Part shown: piece after piece, positions 58,206 to 64,000 of the stretch
Layout of the letters: each line of letters opens with the position of its first letter
Numbering within the stretch: the first letter of the stretch is position 1
Assembly (NCBI GenBank): GCA_037310415.1
Contig: CP147780.1
Span: 1,984,001 to 2,048,000 of the forward strand
Reading direction: 5' to 3'
Origin: Candidatus Atabeyarchaeum deiterrae
GTDB lineage: Archaea > Asgardarchaeota > Atabeyarchaeia > Atabeyarchaeales > Atabeyarchaeaceae
Length of the DNA stretch: 64,000 nt
The notes under the pieces: model-generated
What the model saw: only the letters and a program-made list of their open reading frames with translations
Database searches by the model: none
What the model was told of the DNA's origin: nothing
Made by a program: the position numbers and the translations under genes

Positions 58206-59528
58206 TTACGTGGTCATACGTAGACATTTTTCGTAGCTCTGGGGACTCATGAGCCTTGCCTCCCTCCCGAGTTCATCGGGAAGCGCATCAGCCTCGTCCC
58301 CTGTCTGGGTGAACCCACTCCACCCCGCCATCAACTCGGTGAAGAGGTTCGGGGATGGAGGAAGCCCCTCCATCTGAAGATACAGGTTAACCGCTGCATT
58401 AAGCTGCCTGTCCACACTCAGCCCACAGAAACGGCACTCGACGAGTCGCGCCCCATTCGGAGCTTTGTTCACGCCTCCACACCTGGAGCACCTCCTCGTC
58501 GTGTTATACGGGTTGAGGAAGCGGATAGGCTTCCCAGTCTTGTAGGCTAGGAACGCCTGGAACATCTTCCAATCCGATTTGGAGAGCCTGCGGTTATGGC
58601 TCCTACCCCAAGTATACATCTTCTCCTTATCCAAGTCCTCGAAGAAGTGCTGAACCGCCGGGAACCGGGCTAGCTTCGAGGTTTCCTTCTGAATAAGGTC
58701 TTTCACCCTATTTCTCTCCCTCGCAGAGTACCTGCCGAGTTTGAACCCCACGCTGGGCTTCTTCGAGGCTACCTGCTGCATGTGTTTCCTCTTGAGCTCG
58801 TAGACTCGGTGAGCATGGTAAACCTGGGATAGGTCCACCCGGACCCATCCGAGCCTCGGGTTGAAAGCGTCGAGAGACGCCTCGTTGGAGTCCCACGCAA
58901 GCCTCTGAACAGGCGGGGCTATCATCTCACCTGGCTGCTCCCCTCGCCTTCTGAACGTGACGGTGAGGGAGTCATCTTTGAGAATAAGTTCCCCCATCAC
59001 CATTCCCTTTGCCCTGCGCTGGAACCATGCCTTGCTCACGTCGAACTCGACGTACTCCTGGTTTGGCTTGACGCTTACTCTAATTATGCCCTTCCTGTAT
59101 GTGTACAGGGTTTCCTTGACTCGGATGAAGCGGCGCCTCACCACAGGCTTCTCAGCGCGGCGATAACCCTTCACGTAGTTTCTCCGCCACGAATTCATGA
59201 CAGAGTACGCCTGCTTGATGGCTGAGTCGACGTAGTGCTTCGAGTATTCCCAGCCCTTCATGAGTATGCCTCGCAGCTCGTGGTGCTTGAAGGTGCCTTC
59301 TCCCAAGATGAAGGGGATTCTCCTCGTGGCGTCTCTTCGGTTTCCGACTCCTTTCCATGGTCCCTTGTTGGACTCCTCCCTCCAGGTGGTTCGGCTCCAC
59401 ACCTCGTCTATTGCCTCTTGTAGGAGGCTCCTGTAGTCCCCGATGAAGCTCCTGAGCAGCTGATTCTCGCCTTCGCCGTGCTTAGCAGTGTAAGCTCTGG
59501 TCTGCTCCAAGGTTCCTGGCGCCTCCAA
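58206..59528 (-). mobile_element. tnpB: stand-alone IS200/IS605-family TnpB with RuvC-III DRQ variant
   Basis: AWDSNE (RuvC-I), FFEDL (RuvC-II), CSRCG...CRFCG, DRQLNAAVNL; no tnpA adjacent. Confidence 0.85.
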
Positions 59529-59622
59529 ACGCTCAAAGCCAAGCCCATTTAGCTCCGTAACCTTGTATACCTATGATTATTTAAAGTGAAACTGTTCATT
59601 AAGGCGTCACCGGCACCAAGTT

Positions 59623-60933
59623 CTATTCTTTAGTCGCGATCTCCCATTCAACAGGTGTTATTTTCCTGAGGCATTGTTGGACTAACTGGTCGACGCCCAG
59701 ATGTTTCTCGAGTTCCTCCACCACTTGAATGTCCCCTCGGATTTGCGGGTGATCCGGCACACCCCAGCACGGTAATAAGGTGATGGAGGCCGCGGGCGCG
59801 GTGCCGATCTGGCGTGCGAGCGCTACGACCTCCTCCTTGTCGAATCCAAACAAGGGGCGGTGCACTGGGATGGTAACCACGCTATTCAGGACCATGAGGT
59901 TTTGGGCGGTCTGACTGGCCTGCTCCCCGAGGATCTCCCCTGTCACGATCCCCTTCGCCCTGTACATGTGCGCAACCTGTTCCGCGACGCGATACATCAT
60001 GCGCTTGCATAACAGACACGTCACGCCCGCCCGCGCCCCTTGGGACTTGAGGGCGGTCAGGACCTTGCCATAGGGCATCACGAAAACGAGCGGTTTCGCA
60101 GATTGGCCGCGCATGTATTCCACTAGGACTGCTACTTCCTTCAAGGCATTTGAGCGCACGGATCCTTCGGGCTCCCCGCCGCTGGCCTCCTCCTGGGCCG
60201 GGTTCATTATGACGAAGATGAGGGGCGCGCCGCGGCGCATCGCCATCCACGCGGCGACCGGGGAGTCGAAGCCCCCGCTGACGAGGGCAACCAATGGATC
60301 TTCCAGTCCCAATGGGAATCCCCCGGGCGCTTTAATCCGTTCCGCGGAGATAAAGGCCGCGTTCTCGAACACCTCGATCTCGAGCTGTTTCTCCCGCTGG
60401 CACGCCCACGGCCCCATGGTCCAGCGCTCTTCCGCCCGAAAGCGTTTCTTTGAAAGGTCCTTTTTCCCCTTGGCAGGGTCGTTTTCTTCTTGGGAAAATT
60501 TGTCGCACAAGGCGAGAATCTCTCCCTTCCACTGCTTTTCATCAACGGGGGAGGAATCGATGGCCCGAATGGCGATTTTTTTCGTGCGGGGGTATAACCC
60601 GTGGGCAAGCATGAGCTTGGCTGGTACGGTGCGCGTGGAGGTCTTGTCGCTCAGCGGCGTGTGGAAGCACGGAGAGATGGTAGAAATTCCAAAGGTCCGC
60701 CCGACGACGGAGACGATGGCGGGCACGTCCGCTTCGACCAGTTGCCGGGGCACGAGGTAATAGCGGCCGGGGCGCATGATAATTTGGAGGCGTTTGAGCA
60801 TGTCCCCGTTCCCGGTCGCCGTGAAGGCGTTCTGGATGTTCCGCCGGAGCAATGACTCGAGTAGATCCTGCGTTTGGGGGGACTTGATCCCAAATTCACC
60901 GGTGAACCGAACGAGCACGCTATTGTAGATCAT
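59623..60933 (-). CDS. thiI: tRNA 4-thiouridine synthase ThiI-like protein
   Basis: VRFTGEFGIKS, GGFPLG, SGGFDSPVA PP-loop, CLLCKRMMYR, GEILGEQASQT, HRPLFGFDK. Confidence 0.88.
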   Translation of the reverse strand: MIYNSVLVRFTGEFGIKSPQTQDLLESLLRRNIQNAFTATGNGDMLKRLQIIMRPGRYYLVPRQLVEADVPAIVSVVGRTFGISTISPCFHTPLSDKTSTRTVPAKLMLAHGLYPRTKKIAIRAIDSSPVDEKQWKGEILALCDKFSQEENDPAKGKKDLSKKRFRAEERWTMGPWACQREKQLEIEVFENAAFISAERIKAPGGFPLGLEDPLVALVSGGFDSPVAAWMAMRRGAPLIFVIMNPAQEEASGGEPEGSVRSNALKEVAVLVEYMRGQSAKPLVFVMPYGKVLTALKSQGARAGVTCLLCKRMMYRVAEQVAHMYRAKGIVTGEILGEQASQTAQNLMVLNSVVTIPVHRPLFGFDKEEVVALARQIGTAPAASITLLPCWGVPDHPQIRGDIQVVEELEKHLGVDQLVQQCLRKITPVEWEIATKE

Positions 60934-60978
60934 AATGCCTATCCCTTAGGAGAATGAATCCTTTAAGTCCTTTGTGGC

Positions 60979-61455
60979 GAGCTACCAACCCCTTGAAGGG
61001 TGTTGGCTTCCGAGCTTGCAAGCTACTATTTCTCTTGCATGTTCATCCCCGGTTTCTTGGGCTGGCTCATCTGCAGCCCTTCGACCCGCGGCTTTAGCCA
61101 AACAAGGCAGGCCGATGTTCAACGCAGCGTTGTAATCAGCGTTGAAAGTCATGCCACAATCAAGGCAGAAGAGAGTTGACTGATTCATGCGAAGAGTGTG
61201 TCTTGAGCGACATTTCCAACACGTCCTGGACGTCCACCGCTCATCAACAACAGCCGTCCTCAGTCCTCTCTCCGCTCTCTCCTCAACGATGAACCGTATG
61301 ATGCGCGTATAGCTCCAACGCGTCAGCACTCTCCTTAGCCTCTTCTTGCCCTTACCTTTGAAGTTCCTGTACTTGACGCCCTTCGGGTAGCCAACAACGA
61401 GCAGACTTTCCTTGGACATGTCCGCCAGCGCCAATACTGACTTGTCAGCGCGCAT
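60979..61455 (-). pseudogene. tnpB: C-terminal TnpB remnant with IS605-type right end
   Basis: VVGYP...VDERWTSRTCWKC...CLDC..NADYNAALNI; ends in GGAAGCCAACACCCTTCAAGGGGTTGGTAGCTC. Confidence 0.8.
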
Positions 61456-61503
61456 ATGCTTAAATACTGGAGTGAGCCATACTCGGCTGCAATTTGAGAT
61501 AAA

Positions 61504-62172
61504 ATGTGGGGACAGTTTTCTGTGAGAAGAAGCCTAGTTTATTCGCTTGTAGCGCTCTCGATACTCGTGGTTCTTGTTGCATCCACTACTCCTGCTGTCG
61601 CAGTGGACTACACAAAGGTTGGCGTCAAAGTAGGGGACACCGCAACGTACAGGACAGCCATGTCTGGCTCGACTATCAACAAAACGTTCTATCTAATATA
61701 CGGGATTATTGGAACCGCCTTTTACATCAACTACACATATTTCCTCCCGAATGGCACAGTATCTAGCCAGGGTCAACTTGTCGGGGACACTGTGACTGGG
61801 GGCATGTTGAATGTCTTGGTGACAAGAAACTTGACGGTCAACGACCAGATCTATTCTGGCTCACCGATAAGGATTAATGACTCGAGCGTAATGACCTTCG
61901 GTGGCGTGTCTAGAATCGTCAACCACGCGAGGATTTCCGGTGGATCGTATGAATTCTGGTGGGACAAGGACACAGGTCTCATCGTCAAAATAAACTTCTA
62001 TTCCTCTGGTTGGCTTAACATGACCATGATTTCAACGACAGCTTGGTTTCCTGTGCCTCCTCCGGGTCCAATCGACAATCCATTGATGTTGCCGCTTCTG
62101 GTTATGGGCGCTCTTGTGGTTGTGCTTCTTGTAGCGATAGTTGTTGTGGCTAGACACAAGAAGCAGAGATGA
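61504..62172 (+). CDS. secreted, C-terminally anchored surface protein (paralogue 1)
   Basis: Signal peptide, DYTKVGVKVGDTATY, WDKDTGL, C-terminal TM plus basic tail. Confidence 0.7.
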   Translation: MWGQFSVRRSLVYSLVALSILVVLVASTTPAVAVDYTKVGVKVGDTATYRTAMSGSTINKTFYLIYGIIGTAFYINYTYFLPNGTVSSQGQLVGDTVTGGMLNVLVTRNLTVNDQIYSGSPIRINDSSVMTFGGVSRIVNHARISGGSYEFWWDKDTGLIVKINFYSSGWLNMTMISTTAWFPVPPPGPIDNPLMLPLLVMGALVVVLLVAIVVVARHKKQR

Positions 62173-62564
62173 AGCGGGTGCGCGATAATGCGCGCTCCAG
62201 GGGTTCCTTCATCGAGGCAAATCAAGCGTATCGGGAAAAAGGGACTTGGCTCTCCACTCATCGGCTTCCAGCCTAGCAGTAGACCCAAGTCGATCGATTA
62301 TCACAAGGGAACGTGTTATCGACAAGGTGTTTCCCACTGGAAATTATGTTGTCATTGCTTAGCTAGAAGAATGCCTTTAATAGCGCAACTATGACACCTC
62401 ATAGCAAGCTAACAACAATCCAAAAAAGAGCCCTGCCGAACTCGGACCCTCCAGGCAGAACGTGGATTTCACGGCCCAGCTGGCGAAAAACCAAATCGCT
62501 TTATATGGGTGCTTCTATATAATCCTCATCAAAAGACAACTAGGAAGGAGATGCGTCGATTACC

Positions 62565-63185
62565 ATGTCTCGGATGAGTAAAACCACTTTCATGTTTGCA
62601 GTAATCGCCCTCGTATTATTCTCTTCGTCAATCATAGTCACGTCGCAGGCTGCTGACTACACCAAGATCGGTGTGAGGGCAGGAGACAGAGCAGACTATT
62701 CCGTGGATCGCTCCGGCCCCGACCGGCTGCGGATAGAAGTAACAGAAGTTACAGGAGTCTTCGTTAATATCACATACACAGATTACTGGTCCAACGGCAC
62801 GGTGGTAGACGTTTCCACTGCACGCGGGGACGTTTCAAGTGGCGACCTGGCGGAGCTTCTGGTATGCAGAGGTCTGCAAGCAGGTGACCAACTATACCAA
62901 GGAGCAACTGGACTATACTTCAACAACACCTTAAGCATGGAGATCGCTGGAGCAACAAGAACCGTGAACGAGATCATTCTCTCAGGCGACCAACACATAT
63001 ACTACGATCAGCAGACTGGAATCTTTGCTAGATTGGTTCACCCGGGAACCGCGAACTACACCATGATCTCGACGAACATGTGGTGGCCAGTTGATCCAAT
63101 GGTGCTGATTCTCATTGGCGGTGGAGTGGCAGCGGTAGCAGTCGTCGCGGTGGCGGCTATAGTCATTAGGCGGCGCGGAAAGTAG
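62565..63185 (+). CDS. secreted, C-terminally anchored surface protein (paralogue 2)
   Basis: Signal peptide, DYTKIGVRAGDRADY, YDQQTGI, C-terminal TM plus RRRGK. Confidence 0.7.
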   Translation: MSRMSKTTFMFAVIALVLFSSSIIVTSQAADYTKIGVRAGDRADYSVDRSGPDRLRIEVTEVTGVFVNITYTDYWSNGTVVDVSTARGDVSSGDLAELLVCRGLQAGDQLYQGATGLYFNNTLSMEIAGATRTVNEIILSGDQHIYYDQQTGIFARLVHPGTANYTMISTNMWWPVDPMVLILIGGGVAAVAVVAVAAIVIRRRGK

Positions 63186-63789
63186 CACCTAAGAAGCAGA
63201 GTAGACAGGGAGGCCTGGAACAACGATACCGTAGTCTCACCTATCCTCCCCTTTTCTTTTACTCTTTCTTGAGAGGGAAAGCAAGTCGGGTTCTTGCCTA
63301 AAGTGAGAGGTTGGGTCGGAATCCTCAACTCTAGCGTCCTTTGGTTGTTTCAGCTACTTGTGCCAGGGGAGTGGCAAACGTGGGCAGGTAGATGGAGAGG
63401 TTAGGCGTCTGAAGGACAGTATTGCCGACTCTCACCAGCACGAAGATTCAAGAGGTTTGAGTGAAGCTATGGGAACAGGCCAAGCGGTTTCCCCATGGCT
63501 TGTTTGCTCGCGCGGTCTTAACGGGGGGTCGCTTGAAGATTCCTAGAATTGGAGATATCTATCCGCGTTTAACTGAGTCGATTGCTTGTCTCGGGGCATC
63601 GCACGGGGAAAGTCCACGTTGTCTCTCGCCAAGCTGTTGGACAATGGAATCTTTAATAGAGTGAAAAGGCTAGTAATTGTTCGAGTCTGGCGTGAAGCGG
63701 CGCCAGAGAGGGAAATAGGACCCACCAGTCCTGACGACCAAATCCACCGCTTGATTGCGCCCTCTCAAACCCCATGAGGCTGACCGAAG

Positions 63790-64000
63790 ATGACAAGCAG
63801 AAAATCGGAGTCCAATAGGATTGTGAAGACGCTACGGGGTCTCAAACAACACATACGAGTTGAGTACAAGGCTGAGATCACCGGTATTTTCGGTTCGTAC
63901 TCTAGAGGGCAGCAGAGAGCGAACAGCGACGTTGACATCCTTGTAAGATTTCTTGAAGGAGCGACACTTTTTGATTTGGTTGGCCTCGGTGACTTCCTGG
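63790..64000 (+). CDS. MNT nucleotidyltransferase (runs off the window)
   Basis: Translated by hand: MTSRK...IFGSYSRGQQRANSDVDILVRF. Confidence 0.8.
   Translation, partial: MTSRKSESNRIVKTLRGLKQHIRVEYKAEITGIFGSYSRGQQRANSDVDILVRFLEGATLFDLVGLGDFL

Overview
Archaeal window, probably from an Asgard lineage: it carries an ESCRT-II Vps22/Vps36-like fragment at 57253-57675, archaeal-type toxin-antitoxin (TA) pairs and T-rich terminators. The main observation is three 28-bp dif-like sites (11-6-11 architecture, core TGCACATAA-N6-TTATGTG) at 30532, 40166 and 55652, which divide the window into modules. Sites 1 and 2 have near-identical spacers (CTCGGC/GTCGGC). They flank a ~9.6-kb provirus with no integrase, encoding a membrane-protein structural operon, a CPBP protease, a Zot/pI-like ATPase, a Rep_trans-like rolling-circle initiator, an HNH protein and a possible PC4-like SSB, plus a hairpin-rich origin-like region and repeated TGTATACA boxes. 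It is a candidate archaeal virus that integrates by exploiting Xer/dif. Sites 2 and 3 bracket a ~15.5-kb defence island (McrBC plus a TOPRIM gene, type I R-M, an orphan half-HsdS, a HEPN-like gene) that ends in a XerA-like recombinase whose upstream region contains site 3. Elsewhere are an expanded TerY-P-like vWA/PP2C/kinase cluster (5.3-11.6 kb), many TA pairs, two unusual TnpB genes flanking a GC-rich thiI, solo IS200/IS605-type ends, pseudogene fragments and ordinary metabolic genes. All family calls come from reading motifs by eye; no database searches were run.
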